DNA of 64,000 nucleotides from Coraliomargarita sp. (GTDB taxonomy: Bacteria; Verrucomicrobiota; Verrucomicrobiia; Opitutales; Coraliomargaritaceae): NCBI GenBank assembly GCA_965216325.1, contig OZ244160.1, forward strand, positions 1,728,001-1,792,000, given 5' to 3'. Positions 11,726 to 21,831 of this stretch are shown one piece after another. Each line of letters starts with the position of its first letter. Within the stretch, counting starts at the first letter, position 1. The notes under the pieces were generated by a model, which saw only the letters and a program-made list of their open reading frames with translations, ran no database searches and had not been told where the DNA came from. Both the position numbers and the translations under genes were made by a program.

Positions 11726-13294
11726 CTAGCCTTCGACACGACGACGCGTATTGGCTAACATCGTCAATACGAGCATGGCTGCGCTAACAGCCACAAACCA
11801 ATCCCCGTGGCGGGTGTAAAAGCTTTTCCGGCGAAGCCAGTCTGCGTATTGAAACACGGAATACGTGCCCCCTCCTTGAAAGTAGACACTGCCCTCTTCC
11901 ACAAGAACCTCTCGAATCGTTCCATACGCATCGATCCAGCCACTCCAGCCAGCGTTGCCACAGCGCATGACTGGGCGACGATTCTCCACTGCACGTAAGA
12001 CCGAGTGCGCGGCATGCTGCGGAGCGCCGCCCTCTTCGCCATACCATGCATTATTGGTTGCGACGAAAAACAACTGAGCTCCGGCCACGACCGAGTCCCG
12101 CGCCAATCCGGCATAGGTATCTTCATAACATACCAGGGAGCCCACCTTCCAGGTAGCTTCGCCAATCGTCAGCGGAATGATTCCGGGATCCTCACCTGGC
12201 ACAAAATCGCCGCCGACCGGAACCACTTTATCAATAAAACCAAAACCCTTCGGCACATATTCACCAAAGGGAACCAGCTCGCGCTTCGTGTAATCGTCAT
12301 CACTCAGTCCAGCTCCTGGTTCCACCAGATAGACGCCATTCGACCAGAACTCAGTCTCTGGATAAAACGCTAAATTCCCCATCAAGATCGGCTTCTCGAT
12401 CTCATCCACCAGAGCTTCTACACGATACTGCATCTCAGAGTAGCCCTTCACCGGCCAAGGCGTCGACGCCTCCGGCCATAGCAATAAATCACTCTCCATG
12501 ATCGCGACCCAACGAGTCAATCGCTCCAGTGTCTCTAAATTCTCCAACTCCAACTGCGCATCCCATTTCAGCTCTGGCGTAATGTAGGGCTGCACAACTC
12601 CCGCGGTAAACATGGGCACCGTAGAATTCGGAGCAGGCAGGCTTCTAAAGAACACCGTGATGCACAGCCCCAGACAGCCCATCGCCACATAGAGATCCGG
12701 ACTAAACCAGCCCGTCCATACCTTGCGCTCTCTACGGACCGCACGATTCCGCAGCGTGTGTGCCACGCAAAAACTAAACAGCACCAGCATGAAGGATATA
12801 CCATAGGCACCCGTCCACGCAGCAATCTGCAGCACAACCGGACGCTGCCACTGGCTCAGCGACAGCGGCGCCCATGGAAAGCCCCAAAGAAACCAATTGC
12901 GCGCCCACTCCAACACAACCCAGCCACCCGCCAGACCGAAAAAGGCGAACAGCCGCACCGCAAACGAAGCACTCGCAAAGCGCGGCAGCACCCAGCGCAC
13001 CAGCAGCACCCAAGCAGCAAAAATACCGGCCATGATCGCCGAAAGCGCAAGCGTGCCAAAAACAGTCACATGCCGGAGCCAAATCAGAATCACCAACCAA
13101 CTTACCCAGCCTGTGCCGAAACCAACCAAGGCAGCAGTCTTCCAGCTCGGACGCGTGTACAGCCAGAGCAACAGCGGCACAAAGGCAACGTAGGCACCCT
13201 CGGAAAACTCAAACGGCGGTATCGACAACACCCAAAGCAGTGCTGTCAGCACTCCAGAAAATACCCCCCAGTATGTCGAAAATCCACGCATCAT
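11726..13294 (-). CDS. lnt: Apolipoprotein N-acyltransferase
   Basis: GFPWAPL, nitrilase-fold WPE, KRELVPFGEYVP, CYED, TNNAWYG, RAVENRR. Confidence 0.95.
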   Translation of the reverse strand: MMRGFSTYWGVFSGVLTALLWVLSIPPFEFSEGAYVAFVPLLLWLYTRPSWKTAALVGFGTGWVSWLVILIWLRHVTVFGTLALSAIMAGIFAAWVLLVRWVLPRFASASFAVRLFAFFGLAGGWVVLEWARNWFLWGFPWAPLSLSQWQRPVVLQIAAWTGAYGISFMLVLFSFCVAHTLRNRAVRRERKVWTGWFSPDLYVAMGCLGLCITVFFRSLPAPNSTVPMFTAGVVQPYITPELKWDAQLELENLETLERLTRWVAIMESDLLLWPEASTPWPVKGYSEMQYRVEALVDEIEKPILMGNLAFYPETEFWSNGVYLVEPGAGLSDDDYTKRELVPFGEYVPKGFGFIDKVVPVGGDFVPGEDPGIIPLTIGEATWKVGSLVCYEDTYAGLARDSVVAGAQLFFVATNNAWYGEEGGAPQHAAHSVLRAVENRRPVMRCGNAGWSGWIDAYGTIREVLVEEGSVYFQGGGTYSVFQYADWLRRKSFYTRHGDWFVAVSAAMLVLTMLANTRRRVEG

Positions 13295-13297
13295 ATA

Positions 13298-14206
13298 CTA
13301 TTTCCAAAGCGGATGTAGCTTCCAGTCCGATGGCAGCCCCATGTCCCTCACAGGAATATCTGGATATTCATCAAAAAGCTGCTCGACTCGTTCGCACCAT
13401 CGACTCGTAGGAGATATTTGCGTCAGAAACGCATTGCAGATCATCAAAAGAATACCAACACGGTCATTAACTAAAAGCTTCTTGCCATCTTCATTCTTAA
13501 GATGCCAGTGCGGATACTTGTTCCTTTGAGGTAAACTTGGAGCATAACCTAAAACACGGTTCCAAAGCCGTGAATGGTGTGCACAAATATTACGAGCGGC
13601 ATACAAACTTCTCAACCAACTCAAGAGCAGTTCATCGGCCATATCAAAGTGCGCAGCCACTTTTGAGGCAATTGCGCCGTCCACACCTTTAAGCAAAGTT
13701 AAAAGACTCCCCATGCTCATTAACTCTGAAGCCATCCAAACCGGTAGGTTCCGATGCGTATTACCGTATTTCTTGAAGAAGTGTCTCTTAAACGCCTCTT
13801 TACTCCGATTGGTTTCAGTTAGCAAACTGTCACGCCAATCAATGTAGTCACCGATCTTCAGGTTCGGGAAATGCCCCTCCTCGCAATGGCCAAATGCCCC
13901 ATGAGCGTGAGAAAAGTAGTAAGTCAATTGCGTCCGAACCGAGACTTCAACACGTTCAATAGCATCAAGAAACAATACGCGTAAACGACGATCAAAACAA
14001 TAACGCCTCCAAATAGTCTCCAATGTTGTGCCCTCCATGTAGCTCTCTGAATCACACTGACGAAAGGGATATAAATAGCCTGAAAATCGGTAATAGCTAA
14101 CAGCACGGAGTCGCTTAATCAGCTCTTGCTTATCTGCAATAAGACCACGCTGAATCAATCGCTCTGCTTGCTCTTCAAAACTCAGTGCTTTCTTTGGATA
14201 ATTCAT
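13298..14206 (-). CDS. Abi family (Abi_2 / AbiF-AbiD-like) HEPN RNase
   Basis: KALSFEEQ...RGL, SYYRFSGY, FDRRLR...IERVEVSVR, LPVWM, HEPN RNICAHHSRLWN; more AT-rich than its neighbours. Confidence 0.9.
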   Translation of the reverse strand: MNYPKKALSFEEQAERLIQRGLIADKQELIKRLRAVSYYRFSGYLYPFRQCDSESYMEGTTLETIWRRYCFDRRLRVLFLDAIERVEVSVRTQLTYYFSHAHGAFGHCEEGHFPNLKIGDYIDWRDSLLTETNRSKEAFKRHFFKKYGNTHRNLPVWMASELMSMGSLLTLLKGVDGAIASKVAAHFDMADELLLSWLRSLYAARNICAHHSRLWNRVLGYAPSLPQRNKYPHWHLKNEDGKKLLVNDRVGILLMICNAFLTQISPTSRWCERVEQLFDEYPDIPVRDMGLPSDWKLHPLWK

Positions 14207-14245
14207 TTGAATTCTAGTCCTTCAAATCCCGGAAGATTAGGACAC

Positions 14246-14295
14246 AAAAAAACCCCCCGAATTACGCATTCATTTAGAGGCGCGGGGGGCATGCT
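14246..14295 (-). ncRNA. Putative abiF-type antitoxin RNA / leader terminator
   Basis: Minus strand GCCCCCCG-N23-CGGGGGG-TTTTTTT about 40 nt upstream of the Abi ATG. Confidence 0.55.
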
Positions 14296-14379
14296 AGAGT
14301 TTAAGGTGCGAATCCTATGCCCGTTTTCAAGCATCGATTCTAAATATTTTTCTAACTAAAATCTGCCGAGCTATAGAAC

Positions 14380-17300
14380 TTATTTCTGCACGAGCTCCCA
14401 ACCATCGTTGAGGATCATGCTTTCAGCCTTCTTAAACTTGACCTGCTTTTCTTCGCTACCCTTGCGGAGGGTCACGGTTTCATTGCGACCGATCTTTGGA
14501 AGCTCACGGCGAACCGGCTCCACCTTCGGCAACTCGACTTGCTTTTGTTGCTGAGCCTGCTGCGGTGCTGCCTGCGCAGCCGCAGCAGCCATTGCGCCCG
14601 GTTGCGCACTGCCAGTCCCCGGACCCGCTACCTGCACTTGCTGAGCCAGTCGGCCTAACATGTTTTGGAAAGCCTCTTGGTTTGTCGCAGAGCGGAAAAT
14701 CGTGTGACAAATCTCCGTGCGGACATTGGTCATCAACTCTTCGAAGAACTTATACGCCTCACTCTTGTATTCGTTGAGTGGGTCCTTCTGACCGTAGCTG
14801 CGCAAGTTCACACTACGACGCAACTCTTCCATCTCAGTGAGGTGGTCCTGCCAACGGCGATCGAGCGAACGAATCACCACATAGCGCTCCAGGCCAGTGA
14901 GTGCTTCGCGATCTTCAAACTCTTCACGCGCGGCGTAGGCGTCCTTGATCTTGCTTACGATCAGTTCATGGCGCGCATTGATATCCAAGCCATCCAACTC
15001 TTCGACCTTCAAAGCAATCGGGAAGTAGGCATTCACCCATCCGATAAACTCCTCCTTGGCTTCACCTTCATCACCGTCGATGGCTTCCAGACGCTCTGCG
15101 GTTTCCTCTTCGATCATTTCGTAAACGATGTCGATCGGTGTGTCGGACTGAATCGCCTCATTACGGATGCCGTAGATCACCTCACGCTGTGTGTTCAACA
15201 CGTCGTCAAACTGAAGCAGGCGCTTACGAATGGAGAAGTTCTGTTGTTCGACCTTCTTCTGTGCGTTTTCAATCGACCAATTTAGCATGCCGTGCTCAAG
15301 CTCCTCGCCCTCGCTCATCGACTTCTCAAGCACACGTGAAATTGGCCCAGCATTGGCGAACAAGCGCATCAAGTCGTCTTCCAAAGAAACAAAGAACTTG
15401 GACATACCCGGGTCACCCTGACGTGCACAACGACCACGTAGCTGACGGTCGATACGACGTGACTCGTGACGCTCAGTGCCAATCACAAATAGACCGCCAA
15501 GCTCAGGCACACCTTCGCCGAGCTTAATGTCGGTGCCACGACCCGCCATATTGGTTGCAATCGTAACCGCACGTTTCTGACCAGCGCGGGCAACAATTTC
15601 CGCTTCCTGTTCGTGGAACTTCGCATTCAACACGCTGTGGGTAATCTTAGCGCCCTTGAGGACATGGCTCAGCGCTTCAGATGCTTCAACCGATGCGGTG
15701 CCCACCAGAACCGGTTGGCCCTTGCCGTGCGCCTCTTCGATTTCGCGCAACACCGCTTTAAACTTCTCACGACGCGTCTTATACACCACGTCGTTCTGAT
15801 CGATGCGCAGGCACGGCTTGTTCGTCGGAATGATCATTACCGACAGGCCATAAATTTCGTTAAACTCTGCAGCTTCGGTTTCCGCGGTGCCGGTCATACC
15901 CGCAATCTTCTCATACATTCGGAAGTAGTTCTGAATCGTAACCGTCGCGTACGTCTTGGTCTCCTTCTCGATGGTGCAGTTTTCCTTCGCTTCCACGGCT
16001 TGGTGGAGGCCATCCGACCAACGGCGGCCCGGCATCACACGACCCGTGTTTTGGTCGACAATGTTTACCTTGCCCTGCTGGACCACGTATTCCTTGTCCT
16101 TCTCATAAAGGCTGTAAGCACGGAGCAACTGACTGATGCAGTGGATGCGCTCGCTGGTCTGTTGAAATACCTCCTCAGCCGCCATCTTTTGCTTTTGGCG
16201 CTCTTCGGCGGCCACCTCTTCTTGCTTATCGATCTCGATAAACTGCGTCGGCAGATCAGGAAGCATGAAGGCGTCCGGATCATTCGGGCTGAGCAGGTTG
16301 CGCCCCTTTTCGGTAAGGTCGGCAGCCTGGTTCTTTTCTTCGATTACGTAAAAGAGTTCTTCTTTGAGAGCATAGCGCTGCTTCTTGTTGAAGTCGCTAT
16401 TCATCTCGAGGTCGTATTTGTCTAAGGCACGGCGAATGCGAACCACTTCGTTGAGCTGCATGAGCTTGTCGTTCTTCGGCATGCCCAGCTTGACTTGAAA
16501 CAGCTTGGAGATCGCAGCGGTTTCTTTATCAAGGTCGTCGCCAGCAGACTGGAGTTCCTTCTCGGCCTCCGCAGCAAGCTTGTTACAGAAGGACTGCTGC
16601 TTGGAAACCAAGTTCTGGATGCTCGGCTTGTGCTGCATGAATGGCAGCGGGTTGTCATCCTGCATCGGACCGGAAATGATCAGCGGCGTGCGCGCTTCGT
16701 CGACGAGCACGGAGTCCACTTCGTCAATAATACAGAAGAAGTGATCGCGCTGCACCTGGTCCGCCTTGCTGCTGGCCATGCCGTTATCGCGCAAGTAATC
16801 AAAGCCAAACTCCGAGGCAGTGCCGTAAGTGATGTTGCGGCCATACATCTCGCGGCGCGTAGCCGGATCCATGCTGTTCTGAATACAGCCAACAGTCAGA
16901 CCGAGGAACTGGAACAAGTGGCCCATCCACTCGGAGTCACGACGAGCGAGGTAATCATTGACCGTGACCAACTGTACATTGCGCCCGGAAAGCGCATTCA
17001 AATAGATCGGGCAGGTGGAAACCAGCGTCTTACCTTCACCGGTCGCCATTTCCGCGATACGCTTTTCATGTAGGGCAATACCGCCGAGCAGCTGCACATC
17101 GTAGTGCACCATTTCCCAAGGAAGCTGGTGGTCACAGACCTCGTAGCTATTACCACACATACGGCGAGCCGCGTTCTTCACCGTCGCAAAGGCTTCCGGC
17201 AACAGATCGTCGAGGCTTTCACCCTTCTCGAAACGCTCCATATATTCCGCGGTTTTTGCACGGAGCTGCTCATCACTGAGCGACTTGAATTCTTCGTCGT

Positions 17301-17391
17301 AGGCGTTGATACGCGCAATGATCGGTTCGCACTTCTTCTGATACTTCGTGTAGTGACGACCGGAGAACTTCTTGAGGATCTTAGAGATCAT
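14380..17391 (-). CDS. secA: Preprotein translocase ATPase SecA
   Basis: [58 protein letters not shown]. Confidence 0.98.
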   Translation of the reverse strand: MISKILKKFSGRHYTKYQKKCEPIIARINAYDEEFKSLSDEQLRAKTAEYMERFEKGESLDDLLPEAFATVKNAARRMCGNSYEVCDHQLPWEMVHYDVQLLGGIALHEKRIAEMATGEGKTLVSTCPIYLNALSGRNVQLVTVNDYLARRDSEWMGHLFQFLGLTVGCIQNSMDPATRREMYGRNITYGTASEFGFDYLRDNGMASSKADQVQRDHFFCIIDEVDSVLVDEARTPLIISGPMQDDNPLPFMQHKPSIQNLVSKQQSFCNKLAAEAEKELQSAGDDLDKETAAISKLFQVKLGMPKNDKLMQLNEVVRIRRALDKYDLEMNSDFNKKQRYALKEELFYVIEEKNQAADLTEKGRNLLSPNDPDAFMLPDLPTQFIEIDKQEEVAAEERQKQKMAAEEVFQQTSERIHCISQLLRAYSLYEKDKEYVVQQGKVNIVDQNTGRVMPGRRWSDGLHQAVEAKENCTIEKETKTYATVTIQNYFRMYEKIAGMTGTAETEAAEFNEIYGLSVMIIPTNKPCLRIDQNDVVYKTRREKFKAVLREIEEAHGKGQPVLVGTASVEASEALSHVLKGAKITHSVLNAKFHEQEAEIVARAGQKRAVTIATNMAGRGTDIKLGEGVPELGGLFVIGTERHESRRIDRQLRGRCARQGDPGMSKFFVSLEDDLMRLFANAGPISRVLEKSMSEGEELEHGMLNWSIENAQKKVEQQNFSIRKRLLQFDDVLNTQREVIYGIRNEAIQSDTPIDIVYEMIEEETAERLEAIDGDEGEAKEEFIGWVNAYFPIALKVEELDGLDINARHELIVSKIKDAYAAREEFEDREALTGLERYVVIRSLDRRWQDHLTEMEELRRSVNLRSYGQKDPLNEYKSEAYKFFEELMTNVRTEICHTIFRSATNQEAFQNMLGRLAQQVQVAGPGTGSAQPGAMAAAAAQAAPQQAQQQKQVELPKVEPVRRELPKIGRNETVTLRKGSEEKQVKFKKAESMILNDGWELVQK

Positions 17392-17532
17392 TGTGACCTG
17401 TTGCTATTGATTACTTTATAAAATTGAATCGAAAACCCGGCCCACGGGGACACCGAATTCGCGAAAAAGCTCCGAAGCTGGCGAAAGTCCCGCACGCTGG
17501 CAAGTGTCTTTCCCTACACCTCGCAGAGGTCA

Positions 17533-17588
17533 AATCTTACTGTTAATCCTACTCTTCGAAACAGGCAGCGATTAGGATTATGATTGAG
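17533..17588. repeat. Inverted hexamer-repeat element
   Basis: aatctt actgtt aatcct actctt ... gattag gattat gattga; similar element at 57071-57132. Confidence 0.55.
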
Positions 17589-17693
17589 GCACCGATGCCA
17601 ATGCCCTCAGGCGAAATCTACCCACCGGGAAATAATAAACATTGTTCAAAATAAGTCTTGTCGCCCAGTCAAACATCTGCAATAAATGCCCCC

Positions 17694-19016
17694 ATGCGAA
17701 AGACCCCAGCCAAACACCGGCAATGGATTCTCCGCGAGCTACCCTTACTCGAAGAATACGGACTGCTCGACACGCCCGCCCGGAAGCGCCTCGAAGACCA
17801 CTACAACAGTCAGCCCACCACACAATCCAACTGGATCGTGATCGCATTTGCGATTCTCGGAGCGCTCCTCATTGGTGGCGGCATCATTCTGCTGTTTGCC
17901 CACAACTGGGAAGAACTCAGCCGCTCAACGCGGGCCGTGCTCTCTTTCTGCCCCCTGGCTGTCGGTATCGGATTTGGCTGGATTGCCCTCAAGCGCAATG
18001 GAACCAGCCTTCAGGAATCAGCCGCGCTCTTTCAGACGCTTGCCGTGGGAGCCAGCATCGCACTGATTGGCCAAACCTACCACATCCCAAGTAATACACC
18101 GGCATTTCTACTGACATGGGCCCTACTGATAATGCCCCTAATTTTCCTGCTGAAATCTGTAGGCAGCTACGTGTTCTATCTGGCTCTGATTACTTGCTGG
18201 GCCGGCGCCGCTCAAGATCGCTACGATCAGGCGATCGGCTTGTGGGCGCTACTATTGCCTGCTCTATTCTGGATCGTTAATTGCTGCCGAGTCAGTTGGC
18301 ATAGCCCACGAACACTACTCTCCCTTTGGGCGCTGATGTTGTGCCTTCCGATCGCACTTGGAATCACCATGGAGCACGAAGTGCCCGGATTATGGATCGT
18401 GGTCTATGCCAGCTTCTTCAGTTTGATCGGCCTGCTTGGCTTACGCTACCTGCCCGAATCCCAGGGCTGGAGCAATCCTCTGGGCTCAGCAGGCATCCTC
18501 GGCATCACAGGACTGACTTATTTGTTTACCTGGTATGAACTCTGGGGCAAAGTGCACTGGAGCTACCGCCACTGGGCACAAGTAAGCAATTGGGAGCTTT
18601 GGCATGATGCATTCGTTGCCCTGCTGCTACTCATCCCATGGGCCATCACCGCGGTGAAAACCTTTGACCGCCACTCGCTCCCCAACCTAATCCTCGCCAG
18701 CTTTCCTCCACTGGCAGTGATCGCCTTCGCCACGTCACTCACCCGAGACTTTGAACTGATCAATACCCTGATCTTCAACCTCTACATGCTCACCCTAGGA
18801 CTGGCCTATCTGGTGCAGGGATGTCGAACAATCCGCCTGCGGCTGGTCAATTTCGGCATGGCTGTCCTCAGCCTCCTATTAGTTTCACGCTTCTTCGACA
18901 GCGATTTTGGCTTCCTAGCCAGAGGTATCGCATTTATCCTGATCGGCTGCGGATTCCTCATCGCGAACCTGTTGATCGCACGGCAAAAACACAAACTGGA
19001 GGCACACCAATCATGA
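17694..19016 (+). CDS. DUF2157 membrane protein
   Basis: LGALLIGGGIILLFAHNWEEL and GASIALIGQTYHI motifs; multiple TM segments. Confidence 0.85.
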   Translation: MRKTPAKHRQWILRELPLLEEYGLLDTPARKRLEDHYNSQPTTQSNWIVIAFAILGALLIGGGIILLFAHNWEELSRSTRAVLSFCPLAVGIGFGWIALKRNGTSLQESAALFQTLAVGASIALIGQTYHIPSNTPAFLLTWALLIMPLIFLLKSVGSYVFYLALITCWAGAAQDRYDQAIGLWALLLPALFWIVNCCRVSWHSPRTLLSLWALMLCLPIALGITMEHEVPGLWIVVYASFFSLIGLLGLRYLPESQGWSNPLGSAGILGITGLTYLFTWYELWGKVHWSYRHWAQVSNWELWHDAFVALLLLIPWAITAVKTFDRHSLPNLILASFPPLAVIAFATSLTRDFELINTLIFNLYMLTLGLAYLVQGCRTIRLRLVNFGMAVLSLLLVSRFFDSDFGFLARGIAFILIGCGFLIANLLIARQKHKLEAHQS

Positions 19017-19579
19017 AAATGCGCACTGTGATCTTCCTACTGCTTGCACTGGCCCAAGTGGCCGTGCCGCTGCAAATGATCCGCCAACGCGAAGCCGTAT
19101 TGAGCGAGGGCACCTTGTATCGCTTCATAACCGAACCGATTGACCCCGCAGATCCCTTTCAAGGGCGCTACGTCTGGCTGAGGATTGAACGCGACACCAT
19201 TCTCCTCCCACGAGATAGCGAACAGCCACCGCGTTACAAGAGTCACGGATTTGCAAGCGTGGCCGTCGACGAGGAAGGCTACGCCTACTTCGACAATTGG
19301 CATACAGAGCGCCCGACCGGCTCGAACTACCTCGAAACCCGCAGCTGGGGGCGGTATCGAAACGGTGACGACAAATCAAAAACCGAAATATACATCGAGA
19401 TTCCCTTCAACCGCTTCTATATGGACGAAGCCAAAGCACCCCGAGCCGAGATCATCACTCGCGAAGCCTCGCGCGACAAGACCTGCTGGGTGGAAGTGCG
19501 CATCCTCAACGGCTCAGCAGTCATTGAGGACGTCGTGGTCGAAGGTCAGTCACTGCGAGACTTAGCAGCCACCGAATAA
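19013..19579 (+). CDS. GDYXXLXY-domain protein
   Basis: PIDPADPFQGRYVWL and RFYMDE; ATGA-coupled to DUF2157, its usual partner. Confidence 0.85.
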   Translation: MKMRTVIFLLLALAQVAVPLQMIRQREAVLSEGTLYRFITEPIDPADPFQGRYVWLRIERDTILLPRDSEQPPRYKSHGFASVAVDEEGYAYFDNWHTERPTGSNYLETRSWGRYRNGDDKSKTEIYIEIPFNRFYMDEAKAPRAEIITREASRDKTCWVEVRILNGSAVIEDVVVEGQSLRDLAATE

Positions 19580-19618
19580 AGTCGCCCAGATCGCACATCG
19601 CGTATCTCGTATCCCGCG

Positions 19619-21076
19619 ATGAAATCCCTTTCCATTCTCGGCACGACTTCAGACGCGGGCAAAAGCTGGTTGGCCACCGCTTTCTGCGCCCTACTCAAGC
19701 GCGAAGGCTTTAAAGTTGCCCCCTTTAAGGCGCAAAACATGTCGAACAACTCCTACGTCACACTGGAGGGCGGCGAGATCGGACGCGCTCAGGCGGTGCA
19801 AGCCGAAGCCTGTGGCTTACGACCGATTGCAGAAATGAACCCGGTGCTACTCAAGCCCTGCGGCGACTCCACCTCACAGGTGGTCTTCCGCGGCGTGCCC
19901 GGGCCTCACATTCAAGCGGGCAAATACTACGAAGAGATCGGGAATCTATGGGAAAAGGTCGCTGAGGTGATCGATTGGTGGAAGCCCCGCTGTGATGTGC
20001 TGCTGATGGAAGGTGCGGGCAGCCCCGTCGAACTCAACCTCATGGAACGCGATCTCGCCAACCTCCTTCCAGTCGAATACACCGACGGTCGCTGGCTCCT
20101 CGCATGCGACATCGAGCGCGGCGGCGTCTTTGCCCAAGGCATCGGCACCGTGCAACTCATGCCCAAAGCCATGCAGCAACGCGGGCTCGGCCTCATCATC
20201 AACAAATTTCGCGGCGACATCAAACTCTTCGCTGGCGCGGAGGCGCATTTCGCAAAACATATCGATGTCCCCATGCTAGGCACCCTACCGATGCGCTACG
20301 ACCTGCAGCCAGAATCCGAGGACGGCTTTTCCCGCCAACCCGAAATTGGTGGGAACGATGATCCGCTCATGGCTTGGATCGCCCTACCCCGCGTTTCCAA
20401 TACCAGCGATGCCCACCCCTGGACGCTCGACAGCGGGATCCGAATGGAATGGACCCGAAGCAAGGACAGTCTGAGCCGCGCCCGTATCATCGTCATTCCC
20501 GGATCCAAGAACACGATCGAAGATCTTCGCTGGCTCCGCGAGCAGGGCTTCGATCAGATCATTCAAGAGCGCGCGGCCGCTGGCGTGCCGATAGTCGGCA
20601 TCTGCGGTGGCTACCAGATGCTCGGCCAACAAATCACCGACCCCGAGGGTATCGCCGGAGGTGCTGGCTGCATCGAAGGCCTCGGACTACTGCCGATCAA
20701 AACCACCTACGAGCCGGAAAAATGCGTACAACAAGTCACTGCCCAGTGGCAAAACACAACATGGACCGCCTACGAGATCCACATGGGCCGCACCCAGTTC
20801 ACCAAGGAGATCACACCCCTCCTGCGGACCAGCGAGCACCCCGAAGGCATTCGCCAACAAAACGTCTGGGGCACCTATCTGCACGGGCTCTTCGAAACAC
20901 CTGAGCTACGTCGCTCACTCGCCGAAGCCGCTGGCATCACAAGCCATCGGGCTCCCGACCAGAACTGGCAGCAGCACAAAGAGAACGTCTACAGCCAAAT
21001 GGCAGACTGCATTGCGGAGCACTTGAATTTGCATTCGGTCTTTCACTATCTCGACCAGGCCAAAAGCAAACGCTAA
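19619..21076 (+). CDS. cobQ: Cobyric acid synthase
   Basis: [44 protein letters not shown]. Confidence 0.95.
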   Translation: MKSLSILGTTSDAGKSWLATAFCALLKREGFKVAPFKAQNMSNNSYVTLEGGEIGRAQAVQAEACGLRPIAEMNPVLLKPCGDSTSQVVFRGVPGPHIQAGKYYEEIGNLWEKVAEVIDWWKPRCDVLLMEGAGSPVELNLMERDLANLLPVEYTDGRWLLACDIERGGVFAQGIGTVQLMPKAMQQRGLGLIINKFRGDIKLFAGAEAHFAKHIDVPMLGTLPMRYDLQPESEDGFSRQPEIGGNDDPLMAWIALPRVSNTSDAHPWTLDSGIRMEWTRSKDSLSRARIIVIPGSKNTIEDLRWLREQGFDQIIQERAAAGVPIVGICGGYQMLGQQITDPEGIAGGAGCIEGLGLLPIKTTYEPEKCVQQVTAQWQNTTWTAYEIHMGRTQFTKEITPLLRTSEHPEGIRQQNVWGTYLHGLFETPELRRSLAEAAGITSHRAPDQNWQQHKENVYSQMADCIAEHLNLHSVFHYLDQAKSKR

Positions 21077-21147
21077 CAAGAAAATCCTTGAAACCTTAGT
21101 TGCCTCTTCCTAAGTTCCGCATTCGAATCACTCAACCCCCTCAAATT

Positions 21148-21744
21148 ATGACCGCACTTATTGTTCTCGGAGTCCTCCTTGTTCTAGCCATCGGCCTCGC
21201 CCTGTTTGTAATGGGCATTTACAACTCGTTGGTCGCACTACGAAACCGCTTTAAGAATGCCTTCTCGCAGATCGATGTGCAGTTGAAGCGCCGCTACGAT
21301 TTGATCCCGAACCTCGTTGAAACGGCCAAGGCTTATCTCTCACACGAGCGCGAGACCCTTGAAGCGGTGATCCAAGCCCGCAATGGAGCCGCCAGCGCAG
21401 CCAGCACTGCAGCCGCAAACCCGGATGATGCGGGTGCCATCAAAGCACTGATGGGCGCTGAAACCGCACTGACGGGTGCGATGGGCAAATTCTTTGCACT
21501 GTCCGAAGCCTATCCGGACCTCAAAGCCAACCAGAACATGAGCCAGCTCACCGAGGAGCTGACTTCAACTGAAAACAAAATCGCATTTGCCCGTCAGGCC
21601 TACAACGACTCGGTCATGACCTACAACACCAAGCGCGAGAGCTTCCCGGACACGATCATCGCCAGCATGTTCAACTTCAAGGAAGCGCAGCTTTACGAAA
21701 TCACCGAAACTGCCGAGCGCGAAGCGGTAAAAGTCGAATTTTAA
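21148..21744 (+). CDS. lemA: LemA family protein
   Basis: YNSLV, IDVQLKRRYDLIPNLVE, EAYPDLKAN, ENKIAFARQAYN. Confidence 0.95.
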   Translation: MTALIVLGVLLVLAIGLALFVMGIYNSLVALRNRFKNAFSQIDVQLKRRYDLIPNLVETAKAYLSHERETLEAVIQARNGAASAASTAAANPDDAGAIKALMGAETALTGAMGKFFALSEAYPDLKANQNMSQLTEELTSTENKIAFARQAYNDSVMTYNTKRESFPDTIIASMFNFKEAQLYEITETAEREAVKVEF

Positions 21745-21749
21745 TCAAG

Positions 21750-21814
21750 GTAGCGCAGGCGCGTCTCGCGCCGCAGTTCATCTGTAGGTGCGCACCGAGA
21801 CGGTGCTGCGCTAC
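21750..21814. repeat. REPIN-like inverted REP pair (GTAG...CTAC)
   Basis: GTAGCGCAGGCGCGTCTCGCGCC ... GCACCGAGACGGTGCTGCGCTAC; related copy at 41654-41730. Confidence 0.8.
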
Positions 21815-21831
21815 CCTCAGAATTTCTCTTC

